Positions 28,439 to 39,374 of a stretch of DNA of 64,000 nt are shown here, piece after piece (position 1 is the first letter of the stretch; each line of letters begins with the position of its first letter). The notes under the pieces were generated by a model that worked only from the letters and a program-made list of their open reading frames with translations, searched no databases and was not told where the DNA came from. The translations under genes and the position numbers were made by a program. Source of the DNA: Pseudomonadota bacterium (GTDB lineage: Bacteria; Pseudomonadota; Alphaproteobacteria; Rhodobacterales; Rhodobacteraceae); assembly GCA_039024775.1 (NCBI GenBank), contig JBCCPS010000006.1:3432-67431 (forward strand), in the 5' to 3' direction.

Positions 28439-29905
28439 ATGGCTGATGATACGTTCGACTATGATCTCTTTGTGATCGGCGGGGGCTCTGGCGGGGTGCG
28501 CGCGGCGCGGGTGGCCGCGGGCGAATACGGCGCCAAGGTCGCGCTGGCGGAGGAAGACCGCTATGGCGGGACCTGCGTGATCCGGGGCTGCGTGCCCAAA
28601 AAGCTGATGGTCTTCGCCTCCGGCTATGGCGAAATGGCGGATGAAGCGCGCGCTTACGGCTGGGACATGACCGCCGGCGGCTTTGACTGGCCCGCCTTTC
28701 GTGACAAGCTGAACTCCGAACTTGACCGTCTCGAAGGCGTCTACCGCAAGCTGCTCAAGGGCTCGGGCGTGGAGACGTTCGACCAGCGCGCCAAGCTCAA
28801 GGACGCGCATACGGTCGAGATGGCCGACGGGACCACCAAGACGGCCAAACACATCCTGGTGGCCACGGGCGGGCATCCGGTGCGCCCCAATCTGCCCAAC
28901 GCGCATTTGGGGATCGTGTCGGATGATATCTTCCATTTGGAGCGCCTGCCAAAGAAGATGCTGATTATCGGTGGCGGTTATATCGCCTGTGAATTTGCCT
29001 GCGTGATGAACGGCTTGGGCGTTGAGGTCACGCAATACTATCGCGGCGCGCAGATCCTGCGCGGCTTTGATGATGAGGCGCGCGGGCTGGTCGCTGAACA
29101 GATGCGCGAGGCGGGCATTGACCTGCGCACAGGCTCCAACATCGTGGAGATGGCGCTTGCCGCCGATCATGAAGACGGGCCCCAACCCACCGCATCGGAT
29201 GCGGCGATGGGCGCGCCCGCAGGTGAGAGGCGCGCCGAAGATGCGCCCGAGGCCCCTGGTAAAGGACCGATCTGGGTCAAATCCACCAACGGCAATGAGA
29301 ATATCTATGACTGCGTGCTCTTTGCCACTGGGCGCAACCCTAATAGCCGCGACATGGGGCTGGAGGATTTGGGCGTCGAGATCGGCCGCCGGGGCGAGAT
29401 CGTGGTGGATGACTTCAGCCAGACGGCGGTGCCCTCCATTTATGCCATCGGCGATGTGACCAACCGTGTGAACCTCACGCCGGTCGCGATCCGCGAAGGC
29501 ATGGCCTTTACCAAGACGGTGTTTGGCGGCGCGCCCGAGCCGGTAGATCACGCGCTCATCGCTTCCGCCATCTTCACACAGCCAGAGCTTGGCACCGTGG
29601 GGATGAGCGAGGAAGAGGCGCGCGAGGCCGAAGAGATCGAGGTCTACTGCACCTCCTTCCGCCCGATGCAGAGCGCTTTTGCCGACCGGCCCAACCGGGT
29701 GTTGATGAAATTGATCGTGTCAAAAGAGACACGGGTGGTGCTGGGATGTCACATCGTCGCACCAGCGGCGGGGGAGCTGATACAGATGGCTGGGATCGCG
29801 GTGAAGGCGAAGCTGACCAAAGAACAATTTGATGCAACTTGTGCAGTCCATCCGACCATGTCCGAAGAGCTGGTTACGATGCGAACACCGATGCGAACTG
29901 CTTGA
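28439..29905 (+). CDS. gor: glutathione-disulfide reductase
   Basis: GGTCVIRGCVPKK and C-terminal HPTMSEE. Confidence 0.95.
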   Translation: MADDTFDYDLFVIGGGSGGVRAARVAAGEYGAKVALAEEDRYGGTCVIRGCVPKKLMVFASGYGEMADEARAYGWDMTAGGFDWPAFRDKLNSELDRLEGVYRKLLKGSGVETFDQRAKLKDAHTVEMADGTTKTAKHILVATGGHPVRPNLPNAHLGIVSDDIFHLERLPKKMLIIGGGYIACEFACVMNGLGVEVTQYYRGAQILRGFDDEARGLVAEQMREAGIDLRTGSNIVEMALAADHEDGPQPTASDAAMGAPAGERRAEDAPEAPGKGPIWVKSTNGNENIYDCVLFATGRNPNSRDMGLEDLGVEIGRRGEIVVDDFSQTAVPSIYAIGDVTNRVNLTPVAIREGMAFTKTVFGGAPEPVDHALIASAIFTQPELGTVGMSEEEAREAEEIEVYCTSFRPMQSAFADRPNRVLMKLIVSKETRVVLGCHIVAPAAGELIQMAGIAVKAKLTKEQFDATCAVHPTMSEELVTMRTPMRTA

Positions 29906-29929
29906 TTTTTCGGACAGGGAGCCACATCT
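29901..29929 (+). promoter_or_regulatory. putative RpoH-type promoter of hflKC
   Basis: CTTGA...CCACATCT; similar motif precedes degP. Confidence 0.45.
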
Positions 29930-29985
29930 GCAAGGGAACGGGCCGCATGGGCGGTCCTGAATGCTGCAAAAGGGAAAATAATCGT

Positions 29986-31206
29986 ATGGCTGGCAATTCG
30001 GGCGGCCCCTGGGGCGGGGGTGGTAACAAAGGCGGTGGAGGTGGTGAGGACAATCGTCCCCGCGATCCGCGCGGCCAAAACGGGTCGGGCCAAAGGGGCT
30101 CGGGCCGCGACAACCCGCAAATCCCTGAGATCGACGAGTTGGTCAAGAAAGGCCAAGAACAGCTGCGCGTCCTGATGGGCGGCGGTGGCAAGCGCGGCAG
30201 CGGCAATGGCGGCAGCGGTGGCGGTGGTGGCGGCTTTGCCCTGACACGCGGCACGATTGGCCTGGGCGCGCTGGCGGCAGTGGCGCTTTGGGCGTTTTCC
30301 AGCTTTTACACGGTGCGCACAGAACAGCAGTCCATTGAGCTCTTCCTGGGTGAGTTTTCCGAGATCGGCACGGAAGGTCTGAACTTCGCCCCCTGGCCCC
30401 TGGTCACGGCGGAAGTGTTTGACGTGACGACCAACCGGACCGAAGAGCTGGGCATCCGCCGTGGCGGCAACACCAACGAAGGGCTGATGCTGACCACGGA
30501 TGAAAACATCGTGGACATTGATTTCCAGGTGGTCTGGAACATCAAGGATGCCCGCGAATTCAAATTCTCGCTGCGCGATCCCACGGCGTCCGTGCGCGCC
30601 ATCGCCGAAGCCGCGATGCGCGAAGTGATCGCGCAGTCAGAGCTCGCGCCGATCCTCAACCGGGACCGTGGTTTGGTTGAAGAGCAGGTCAAGGAACTGA
30701 TCCAAACGACCCTCGACAATCGCGCCACCGGCATCAACGTGCTGCGTGTGAACGTGAACAAGGTGGACCCGCCCAGCCAGACGGTGCAGGTGACCGACCC
30801 GAACGGCCAGACAAGCTCCGTCTCGGTTGTGGACGCCTTCCGCGACGTGCAGGCGGCGGAACAGGAGCGTGACCGGGTGGAGCGGCAGGCGGATGCCTAT
30901 GCCAACCAGCGCACGGCGGAGGCGCGCGGTGAAAGCGCGCGTTTGCTGGAAGCGGCCGAAGGTTACCGCGCGCGCGTGGTCAACGAGGCCGTTGGTGAAG
31001 CGAGCCGCTTTGTGGCCGTTCTGCAAGAATATCAGGCGGCCCCTGAGGTCACGCGCAAGCGTCTTTATCTTGAAACCATGCAAAAGGTCTTGGGCGACGT
31101 GGACAAGATCATTCTCGAAAACGAAGCGGGCGGAACAAGCGGGCAGGGGGTTGTCCCCTACCTGCCGCTCAATGAACTGCGCCGCAGCACCGGAGGAGGC
31201 AACTGA
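29986..31206 (+). CDS. hflK: FtsH protease modulator HflK
   Basis: Gly-rich N-terminus, MLTTDENIVD, APEVTRKRLYLETM. Confidence 0.95.
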   Translation: MAGNSGGPWGGGGNKGGGGGEDNRPRDPRGQNGSGQRGSGRDNPQIPEIDELVKKGQEQLRVLMGGGGKRGSGNGGSGGGGGGFALTRGTIGLGALAAVALWAFSSFYTVRTEQQSIELFLGEFSEIGTEGLNFAPWPLVTAEVFDVTTNRTEELGIRRGGNTNEGLMLTTDENIVDIDFQVVWNIKDAREFKFSLRDPTASVRAIAEAAMREVIAQSELAPILNRDRGLVEEQVKELIQTTLDNRATGINVLRVNVNKVDPPSQTVQVTDPNGQTSSVSVVDAFRDVQAAEQERDRVERQADAYANQRTAEARGESARLLEAAEGYRARVVNEAVGEASRFVAVLQEYQAAPEVTRKRLYLETMQKVLGDVDKIILENEAGGTSGQGVVPYLPLNELRRSTGGGN

Positions 31207-32099
31207 TGCGAGGAACGAGTTTTCTAATCCCGATCGTCGTGATCGCTGTTGTGGGCGTATTCTCTTCGATCTTCGTGGTAGACGAGCGTGAGAAAGCGCT
31301 GGTCGTCCGCTTTGGTCAGATTGAGCAGGTGCGTACGGATCCGGGCCTTGGCTTCAAACTGCCCATCATCGATGAGGTCATCCGCTTTGAAGATCGTATT
31401 CTGACCTTGGAGACAGAGCTGATTGAGGTCACGCCCGCCGATGACCGGCGGCTTGAGATCGACGCTTTCGTGCTCTACCGGATTGACGACATCGTGCAGT
31501 ATCGCCAAGCCATTGGTACGGGCGGTGAAAGCCGTGCGTCGGCGGAACTGAGCGGCATTCTGGAATCCCAGATCCGCGCGGTGCTGGGTTCGGACGGTGT
31601 GACCTCCAACACGATCCTATCGCCGGAGCGGGCCGCGCTGATGGACCAGATCCGCGTGCGCTCAGACGCCCGCGCCACGGCGCTGGGCCTTGAAGTGGTG
31701 GACGTGCGTTTGCGCCAAACCAATCTGCCGGAGCAGAACTTTGACGCGACACTGCAGCGGATGATCGCGGAGCGGGAGCGGGAAGCGACGGACGAACGCG
31801 CACGGGGCCGCGAAGCGGCGCAGCGCGTTACGGCTTTGGCAGACCGGACCTATGAGGAAATCCTGTCGGAGGCGAACCGCGACGCGCGCATCATCGAAGG
31901 TGAGGCGGACGCCGAGCGCAACCGCATCTTCGCGGAAGCCTATTCGCAGGACCCGGAATTCTTTGAATTCTACCGCTCGCTCGCCGCCTATGAGGAAGCG
32001 CTGCGCGGTCAGAACTCCACCATGGTGCTGACGCCCAACAGTGAGTTCTTTAACTACCTGCGGTCAGACCAAGGCGCACGCGCCGACGGACTGGAATAG
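31206..32099 (+). CDS. hflC: FtsH protease modulator HflC
   Basis: SPFH domain, DPEFFEFYRSL; TGATG overlap with hflK. Confidence 0.95.
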   Translation: MRGTSFLIPIVVIAVVGVFSSIFVVDEREKALVVRFGQIEQVRTDPGLGFKLPIIDEVIRFEDRILTLETELIEVTPADDRRLEIDAFVLYRIDDIVQYRQAIGTGGESRASAELSGILESQIRAVLGSDGVTSNTILSPERAALMDQIRVRSDARATALGLEVVDVRLRQTNLPEQNFDATLQRMIAEREREATDERARGREAAQRVTALADRTYEEILSEANRDARIIEGEADAERNRIFAEAYSQDPEFFEFYRSLAAYEEALRGQNSTMVLTPNSEFFNYLRSDQGARADGLE

Positions 32100-32140
32100 G
32101 GCGCACCCAACAACGCGGCGGCACGCCGCGCGGAGACTAG

Positions 32141-32169
32141 AGGGGCCGGCGATTTCGTCGGCCCTTTTT
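32141..32169 (+). terminator. intrinsic terminator after hflC
   Basis: AGGGGCCGGCG-attt-CGTCGGCCCTTTTT. Confidence 0.7.
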
Positions 32170-32251
32170 AGGTGCCTGAGGCTCGCAACAGCGCGCGCGA
32201 ATTTTTGATCAAGCGTGCGCGGATCGCAGGGGATTTGCGCCATTTGCAACG

Positions 32252-32278
32252 TTGAAATGGCTGTGATGGGCTACATCT
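32252..32278 (+). promoter_or_regulatory. putative RpoH-type promoter of degP
   Basis: TTGAAA-N13-CTACATCT. Confidence 0.45.
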
Positions 32279-32365
32279 TTCATATTGCGGAGGCGCGCGG
32301 GGCGCGGCACTCTGCATTCAGCGATATGGAAAAGAGGCCCTACGGCTTTCTTTGAGGAGAACACG

Positions 32366-33841
32366 ATGCAGTCAAAAGCGCGCGCAGAAGCTCAAACGAT
32401 CAACGAAGGCAACATATTGCGCGGCGTGATGATCACGCTGATGGCGATGGCGATGACCGTTCTGATGGCCGTCTCCGCCTTTGCCAAACCCGAAAGCCTC
32501 GCGCCGCTGGCAGAACAGATCAGCCCCTCGGTGGTCAACATCACCACCTCCACGCTGGTGGAAGGGCGCACCGGGCCGCAAGGCATCGTGCCGGAGGGTT
32601 CTCCCTTCGAGGATTTCTTCCGCGAGTTTCAGGAACGCAACCGCCCCGGTCAGCGCCCGCGCCGGTCCTCCGCACTTGGCTCGGGCTTTGTGATCTCGGA
32701 AGACGGCTACGTGGTGACCAACAACCACGTGATCGAAGGCGCGGATGAGATCAACATTGAGTTCTTCTCGGGCCTGGAGTTGAAGGCTCAGGTCGTGGGC
32801 ACCGATCCCAACACGGACATTGCTCTGTTGAAGGTGGAAGCAGCGACGCCGCTGCCCTTCGTGCAGTTCGGTGACAGCAATTCGGCGCGTGTGGGCGATT
32901 GGGTCATCGCGATGGGCAACCCGCTGGGGCAGGGCTTTTCGGTGTCTGCTGGCATCGTGTCGGCCCGCAATCGCGCGCTGTCCGGGACCTACGACGACTA
33001 CATCCAGACGGATGCAGCGATCAACCGGGGCAACTCCGGCGGGCCGCTCTTTAATATGGACGGTGATGTCATCGGCGTGAACACCGCGATCCTGAGCCCC
33101 AACGGTGGCTCCATCGGCATCGGCTTTTCGATGGCCTCCAACGTAGTGACCCGGGTGGTCGATCAACTGCAAGAGTTTGGCGAGACGCGCCGCGGCTGGC
33201 TGGGCGTGCGCATCCAGGATGTGACCGATGACATCGCGGAAGGCATCGAGGGGCTTGAGGCCGCCAAGGGCGCACTGATCACCGACGTGCCGGACGGTCC
33301 GGCCAAGGACGCGGGCCTGCAGACGGGCGATGTAATCATGCAGTTCGACGGGGTTGAGGTGGAAGACACCCGGGGCCTCGTGCGCCAGGTGGGCAACAGC
33401 CCGGTGGGTGAGACGGTGCGCGTGACCGTGCTTCGCGAGGGCAAGAGCCAGACGATCTTGGTGACGCTCGGTCGCCGCGAAGAGGCTGACACCGCAGCCA
33501 CCTCCACTGACGACACGGAATCCGAGCCGGAAGAGCCGCAAACAGCGGAGCTTCTGGGGCTGACGCTGGCTCCGTTGACCGACGCGCTGCGCGAAGAGCT
33601 TGGCGCGGAGGCGAGTATGACGGGTCTTGCGGTGACGGCAGTGGATGAGGCGTCCGAGGCCTATGAAAAGGGCTTGCGCGCAGGTGACATCATCACCGAG
33701 GCGGGCCAGCAGAAGGTGACCACTATTGCGGAGCTTGAGACGCGGGTTGAGGCTGCAAAGGACGCAGGGCGCAAATCGCTCCTGCTGTTGGTGCGCCGCG
33801 CGGGCGATCCGCGCTTTGTCGCGCTGACGCTTGACGGCTGA
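32366..33841 (+). CDS. degP: Do/DegP/DegQ-family periplasmic serine endoprotease
   Basis: TNNHV, DIALL, GNSGGP catalytic triad; two PDZ domains. Confidence 0.9.
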   Translation: MQSKARAEAQTINEGNILRGVMITLMAMAMTVLMAVSAFAKPESLAPLAEQISPSVVNITTSTLVEGRTGPQGIVPEGSPFEDFFREFQERNRPGQRPRRSSALGSGFVISEDGYVVTNNHVIEGADEINIEFFSGLELKAQVVGTDPNTDIALLKVEAATPLPFVQFGDSNSARVGDWVIAMGNPLGQGFSVSAGIVSARNRALSGTYDDYIQTDAAINRGNSGGPLFNMDGDVIGVNTAILSPNGGSIGIGFSMASNVVTRVVDQLQEFGETRRGWLGVRIQDVTDDIAEGIEGLEAAKGALITDVPDGPAKDAGLQTGDVIMQFDGVEVEDTRGLVRQVGNSPVGETVRVTVLREGKSQTILVTLGRREEADTAATSTDDTESEPEEPQTAELLGLTLAPLTDALREELGAEASMTGLAVTAVDEASEAYEKGLRAGDIITEAGQQKVTTIAELETRVEAAKDAGRKSLLLLVRRAGDPRFVALTLDG

Positions 33842-33861
33842 GGCCTTTAAAGAACCAGTCG

Positions 33862-33886
33862 GAGGGGCACCTGCGGGTGCCCTTTT
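33862..33886. terminator. terminator hairpin between convergent genes
   Basis: GAGGGGCACC-tgcg-GGTGCCCTTTT. Confidence 0.65.
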
Positions 33887-33890
33887 GCAT

Positions 33891-34436
33891 TCAGGGCTGG
33901 CGCGGCACCGCGATCAGCCCCAGACTGCGGGCGGTTTCTATGGACATCACTGGGCTGTCGGGCCCACCGATGCTGACCTGATAGGCGCGCACCGCCGTGC
34001 GGGTCGAGACGTCAAAAACGCCATTCGCCTCGCCCGCGAAGAGCTGGCGGGCGATAAGCGCGCGCTGGAGCGAGGCCACGAACTCCGGCGTCAGGGTCTC
34101 AGGGCAGGGGGTTTCGAACCAATTGTCCCGCCGTGGGCTCACGATTTCCTGGCGCCTTTCCGTCCGGTAGGTTGGGGCGGCGGCGATGGTACCGTCTGCG
34201 TTCACCTCTGCCGGGGTCACTTCCACCTGCTTTTCAACCGTCTGCACCACCGCGGGGGTCACTGTGCGTCCCCAGCAGGTCCCGATGTCCGCCCCCGGCG
34301 GCCCGTTCCGCGTCGCCGTCTCTACGCCCGGCTCACCGGCTTGCCCCTGCTCTTGCACCGCACAGGCGCTGAGCCAAAGAGCTGCGGTCACGCATGCGCT
34401 TATACGCGCAAACTGGGGGGTTACGGGGTGTGTCAT
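33891..34436 (-). CDS. lipoprotein with peptidoglycan-binding domain
   Basis: LSAC lipobox; LQRALIARQLF..GVFD..TRTAVRAYQ. Confidence 0.82.
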   Translation of the reverse strand: MTHPVTPQFARISACVTAALWLSACAVQEQGQAGEPGVETATRNGPPGADIGTCWGRTVTPAVVQTVEKQVEVTPAEVNADGTIAAAPTYRTERRQEIVSPRRDNWFETPCPETLTPEFVASLQRALIARQLFAGEANGVFDVSTRTAVRAYQVSIGGPDSPVMSIETARSLGLIAVPRQP

Positions 34437-34504
34437 GGCAGGGTGTGCCCTGGATGCTGCTCTTATTTTTCCGAATTTTAGCCGCTTTGCGGGCCTCTGC
34501 CTAG

Positions 34505-34926
<422 letters not shown>

Positions 34927-34927
<1 letters not shown>

Positions 34928-35667
34928 TGGCGCGGCTTTTTGCGCTTTTCGCCTGCTTTACCATTCTGGCGGCCCACTCCGCGCTGGCGGAGAAAATCAT
35001 CGGGGCGCGCTACGGGGCTCCGACGGAGCGATATGCGCACGGAGTTCTAGGCGATGCAATCGAATGGGGTGAACTCATACTGACCACCGTTTCCCCGTCG
35101 AGTGGGCTTGTCAAAGACGCTGTTCAGCGCCGACACGAAAGAAGGCTTGTTTTGCCGCTAGACCATGTATTCGAGGACGTGGAACCCCGACTTTTCGATG
35201 TCGATCAGGACGGAGACTTGGAAGTCATCGTGGTTGAGACTGATGTGGCGCGTGGGGCAGCGCTTGCGGTTTACGGGGTCTTTGGAAAACTCGCGGAGAC
35301 ACCGCATATCGGCACGCGAAACAGGTGGCTGGCGCCGCTGGGGGCGGCTGATCTGGACGGGGACGGGTTTGTGGAGCTGGCCTTCATCGACCGTCCGCAT
35401 CTGGCAAAAACGCTGCGGATCTGGCGCTTTCGTGCCGGGCAGTTGGAGCCTGTGGCCGATCTGCCGGGATATACCAATCACCGCATTGGTGAGGCGGACA
35501 TCGCGGGCGGCATAAGGGCCTGCGGGGGCATGGTCCCCGAAATGATTGTGGCCACGGCGAATTGGACGCGTGTGATCGGGATCCGGTTTGACGGCGCGGG
35601 CTTCTCCACCCGTGACATTGGCCCGCATCAGGGCCGGGCAAGCTTTGCAAAGGCGATGGCATGTTGA
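34927..35667 (+). CDS. secreted FG-GAP/VCBS repeat protein
   Basis: signal peptide; DVDQDGDLE and DLDGDGFVE Ca-binding loops. Confidence 0.85.
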
Positions 35668-36059
35668 GAACTGCGTTCTGCCTGACCCTCGCGTGGCTTG
35701 CGATGCCCGTCCAAGCCCAAGAGCAGATCAGCCCGGAGGCGTTTCTGGATCAGGCGGTGGGCAACACGCTGACCTTCCGGTCCTTTGACAGCGGATCGGT
35801 GGTGGGGGAGGAGGAGTTCCTGCGCCGCGACCTGTCGGTCTGGGTCCAGCCCAACGGGCGCTGCACCTACGGCAAGATCGAGATCCGGGGCCCGCGCATC
35901 TGTTTCATCTATGAGGATTTCCCAGATCCTGACAATTGCTGGCTACCCTTCCGCTATCAGGACCAGATTGTCGTCATGGCGATGGGCAGCGGAGAGTTAC
36001 AGCGCGTGACGGAGATCACAGACACCCCGCTGTCTTGCGAGGGCGCGCCGCTGTCTTGA
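35661..36059 (+). CDS. small secreted hypothetical protein (paralogue of 38979.. and 39371..)
   Basis: signal peptide; C..G, ICFxYE, P.P..CW pattern. Confidence 0.8.
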   Translation: MLRTAFCLTLAWLAMPVQAQEQISPEAFLDQAVGNTLTFRSFDSGSVVGEEEFLRRDLSVWVQPNGRCTYGKIEIRGPRICFIYEDFPDPDNCWLPFRYQDQIVVMAMGSGELQRVTEITDTPLSCEGAPLS

Positions 36060-36090
36060 GCGGAACGCATGGGGCGCGGGCAGGATGCGC

Positions 36091-37356
36091 CTAGGTCAAA
36101 GCGCGCCAGCCGATGTCGCGGCGGCAAAAACCCTCGGGCCAGTCGATCTGGTCAACCATGGCATAGGCGCGGCTTTGCGCCTCGGCCAGTGAAGCGCCCC
36201 GCGCAGTCACGTTGAGCACACGTCCGCCGGTGGCGATAATACTGCCGTCTTTCAGCGCCGTGCCCGCGTGAAAAACCATGTTTTGACTGTCGCTGGGCAG
36301 GCTGTCGAGCCCCGCGATGGTGCTGCCTTTGGTGTAGTCCCCGGGATAGCCATCGGCGGCCATCACCACGGTCAGCGCGTGGTCTTCGGCCCAGTTTACG
36401 CGCATCTCCCCCAAGCGGCCCTGTGCGGTGGCATGCATCAGGTCGAAAGCCTGCGCGCCCAGCCGCATCATCAGCACCTGGCATTCGGGGTCGCCGAAGC
36501 GGACATTGTATTCCACCAGCCGCGGCTCGCCGTCCTGGATCATGAGCCCCGCATAGAGAACACCGCTATAGGGCGTGCCACGCCGCGCCAGTTCGGCAAG
36601 CGTGGGGCGGATGATCTCCGCCAGCGCCCTTTCGGCAATGGCATCCGTCAACACAGGTGCTGGCGCATAGGCGCCCATGCCACCGGTGTTGGGGCCGGTA
36701 TCGCCTTCACCCACGCGCTTGTGGTCCTGCGCGGTGCCAATGGGCAGCGCGGTCTCGCCATCACAAAGCACGAAGAAGGACGCCTCTTCGCCCTCCATGA
36801 ATTCCTCGATAACCACTTCGGCGCCCGCGTCTCCAAAAGCGCCGTCAAACATCGTGTCAATCGCGGCCTCCGCTTCGGCCTGGCTCTGAGCGATGATCAC
36901 ACCCTTGCCCGCTGCAAGCCCATCCGCTTTGATCACGATGGGCGCGCCGGTTTCTGCTACGTAGGCCCGTGCGCTGTCGGCATCCGTGAAATGCGCGTAC
37001 CGCGCGGTGGGCGCGTGGCTGGCGTCACAGATCTCCTTGGTAAAGGCCTTTGACGCCTCCAGCCGCGCTGCCGCAGCCGAAGGGCCAAAAACCAGGAAGC
37101 CCGCCGCGCGCAGCACGTCGGAGACGCCCGCAGCCAGCGGGGCCTCCGGTCCGATGATCACGAAATCAATCGCCTCCGCTTCGCAAAACGCAGCGACCGC
37201 ATTGGCATCCATGATGTCAAGCGTCGCGCAATCGGCGATTGCGGCTATCCCTGCGTTGCCCGGTGCCACAATGAGCTTGTCGCACTTGGGGTTCTGTAGA
37301 GCGGCCCAGGCGAGGCTGTGTTCACGCCCACCCGAGCCCAGAATGAGGATGTTCAT
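36091..37356 (-). CDS. purD: phosphoribosylamine-glycine ligase
   Basis: GSGGREH, KADGLAAGKGV, GPNTGGMGAY, EYNVRFGDPE. Confidence 0.97.
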   Translation of the reverse strand: MNILILGSGGREHSLAWAALQNPKCDKLIVAPGNAGIAAIADCATLDIMDANAVAAFCEAEAIDFVIIGPEAPLAAGVSDVLRAAGFLVFGPSAAAARLEASKAFTKEICDASHAPTARYAHFTDADSARAYVAETGAPIVIKADGLAAGKGVIIAQSQAEAEAAIDTMFDGAFGDAGAEVVIEEFMEGEEASFFVLCDGETALPIGTAQDHKRVGEGDTGPNTGGMGAYAPAPVLTDAIAERALAEIIRPTLAELARRGTPYSGVLYAGLMIQDGEPRLVEYNVRFGDPECQVLMMRLGAQAFDLMHATAQGRLGEMRVNWAEDHALTVVMAADGYPGDYTKGSTIAGLDSLPSDSQNMVFHAGTALKDGSIIATGGRVLNVTARGASLAEAQSRAYAMVDQIDWPEGFCRRDIGWRALT

Positions 37357-37426
37357 GGTGCGCGCTCCCTTGGCCTTGGCTGCTGCGCGTTCTAGTCTGC
37401 GCGCGACAGCTTCACAAGGACGTGCC

Positions 37427-38968
37427 ATGGACCTTCTGGATGATCCCGCGCCCGGGTCGAACACGCCGGAATTTTCCGTCTCCGAAATCGCGGGATCGGT
37501 GAAAAAACTGGTGGAGGCAGAGCTGGGCTGGGTCCGAGTCAAAGGCGAGGTGGGACGCGTGGTGCGCGCGCGGTCGGGCCATCTCTACTTTGATCTCAAA
37601 GACGACCGCTCGGTCCTGTCCTGCATGACCTGGAAAGGCCAGATCGCAGGGCTGGGCGTGGTGCCGGAGGAAGGCACGGAGGTCGTGGCCGAGGGCAAGA
37701 TGACCGCCTCGGGCTTTCAGTCGAAGTTTTCCTTGAATGCGCAGCGCGTAGCCATCGCGGGCGCGGGCGCGCTGATGGCGCTTTTGGAAAAGCGCAAGAA
37801 GGCCTTGGCGGCGGAGGGGCTGTTTGATGAGGCCCGCAAGAAGCCGCTGCCCTACCTGCCAGAGATCATCGGCGTGGTCACCTCCCTGCAGGGCGTTGTC
37901 ATTCGCGACATCATGCACCGGCTGCGCGACCGGTTTCCGCGTAAGGTGCTGGTCTGGCCCGTGGCGGTGCAGGGCCAGGCCTGCGCGCCGGAAGTGGCGC
38001 GCGCGATTGCGGGCTTCAATGCGCTTACCCCGGGCGGCGCATTGCCACGGCCTGATCTCATCATCGTGGCGCGGGGTGGCGGATCGGTCGAGGACCTCTG
38101 GGGGTTTAACGAAGAGATCGTGACGCGCGCAGCGGCAGCGTCGGACATTCCGCTGATCTCTGCCGTGGGGCATGAGACGGATACGACGCTCATTGACTAC
38201 GTTGCTGACAAACGCGCGCCCACGCCCACCGCCGCAGCGGAGCTTGCCGTGCCTGTGCGCCGGGAGCTTGCGGCCTGGCTGGAAGGGCAGGGCGCGCGCA
38301 TGCAACAGCTGGTGAGCCAGGGCCTGACCCGGCGTGACCAACGCCTGCGCGACATGGCGCGCGCGCTGCCGCGCGCGGAGGCGCTGCTGGATGTGCCGCG
38401 CCAGCGGATGGACCGGGCGGGCGAGAAACTGCGCCCGGCCTTGCAGGCGGGCGTGCAGAACCGGCGCATTCTGCTTGCGCGCCGGGCGGCACCGCTGCAG
38501 CTTCGTACACTTGAGGCGCGCATCGCAGACCATGCCCGCGCGACGCAGGACCGCGCGGCGCGCATCGGTCCTGCCTTGCTGCGGATCGTAGAGCGGCGGC
38601 GGGAGCGATTTGATGCGCTGCGCCAGAGGTTTCGGCCGCAAGCGCTTGCGGCGGAAAACGCGCGCAAGGCGGAGCGGCTGGCCCAGGCCGCTGCCCGTCT
38701 CGGGGCTGTCGGTGAGCGTCAGATCGCGGGTCTGCGCAGCCAGATCGATGCACGCGGGCGGGTTTTGGCAACGCTCGGCTATGAGGCCACGCTGGAGCGC
38801 GGCTTTGCCGTTGTGCGGGCGCAAGGCACGGTGGTGACACGCGCGCAGGACGCCAAATCGGCGGGCGCACTGGAGATCCAGTTTGCGGACGGGCGCGTGG
38901 CGGTGGGCGGCAAACCCGCGCCCAAGAAAGCGGCGGGAAAGACGCCGGAGCAGGGCTCGCTGTTCTAG
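37427..38968 (+). CDS. xseA: exodeoxyribonuclease VII large subunit
   Basis: SGHLYFDLKD, ARGGGSVEDLWGFNEE, SAVGHETD, APTPTAAAE. Confidence 0.96.
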   Translation: MDLLDDPAPGSNTPEFSVSEIAGSVKKLVEAELGWVRVKGEVGRVVRARSGHLYFDLKDDRSVLSCMTWKGQIAGLGVVPEEGTEVVAEGKMTASGFQSKFSLNAQRVAIAGAGALMALLEKRKKALAAEGLFDEARKKPLPYLPEIIGVVTSLQGVVIRDIMHRLRDRFPRKVLVWPVAVQGQACAPEVARAIAGFNALTPGGALPRPDLIIVARGGGSVEDLWGFNEEIVTRAAAASDIPLISAVGHETDTTLIDYVADKRAPTPTAAAELAVPVRRELAAWLEGQGARMQQLVSQGLTRRDQRLRDMARALPRAEALLDVPRQRMDRAGEKLRPALQAGVQNRRILLARRAAPLQLRTLEARIADHARATQDRAARIGPALLRIVERRRERFDALRQRFRPQALAAENARKAERLAQAAARLGAVGERQIAGLRSQIDARGRVLATLGYEATLERGFAVVRAQGTVVTRAQDAKSAGALEIQFADGRVAVGGKPAPKKAAGKTPEQGSLF

Positions 38969-38978
38969 GGCCTATGCA

Positions 38979-39374
38979 TCAGACGCCCAGGCGCGGACCG
39001 GTGCAGGACTGTTCCCCCGTCACACCCTGGGCCTCGTAGATCACGGTAGGGTTGGAGGGCGCGTCGGAGGTGGCGCGCAGGCCCGCGTCGGAAAGCGCCA
39101 CGCGCCAACATTGCGGTTCCGGGTTCGTTTCATAGGCAAAGCAGATCAGCCCGTCCTGCGCCCACCACTCCCCTTCAAGGCAGGTCTCTCCGATGCGGGA
39201 CCAGCGCACGCGGCGGCCGGGCAGGTAGCGTTCTGAGGCGTAGACACGCCCGTCGCCCCGGTGAAAGAACAGTGTCCGGTCCGCCACGTAGCTTTCGAAT
39301 TTCTCCGCCGTGTCCAGCGTTTCCGCGCCAGCGGCAGAGCCAAGCAGCAGCGCCGCGAGTGCCGCGCGGATCAC
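38979..39374 (-). CDS. small secreted hypothetical protein
   Basis: signal peptide; CLEGEW, ICFAYE, PEPQCW, CTGPRLGV. Confidence 0.8.
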   Translation of the reverse strand: MIRAALAALLLGSAAGAETLDTAEKFESYVADRTLFFHRGDGRVYASERYLPGRRVRWSRIGETCLEGEWWAQDGLICFAYETNPEPQCWRVALSDAGLRATSDAPSNPTVIYEAQGVTGEQSCTGPRLGV

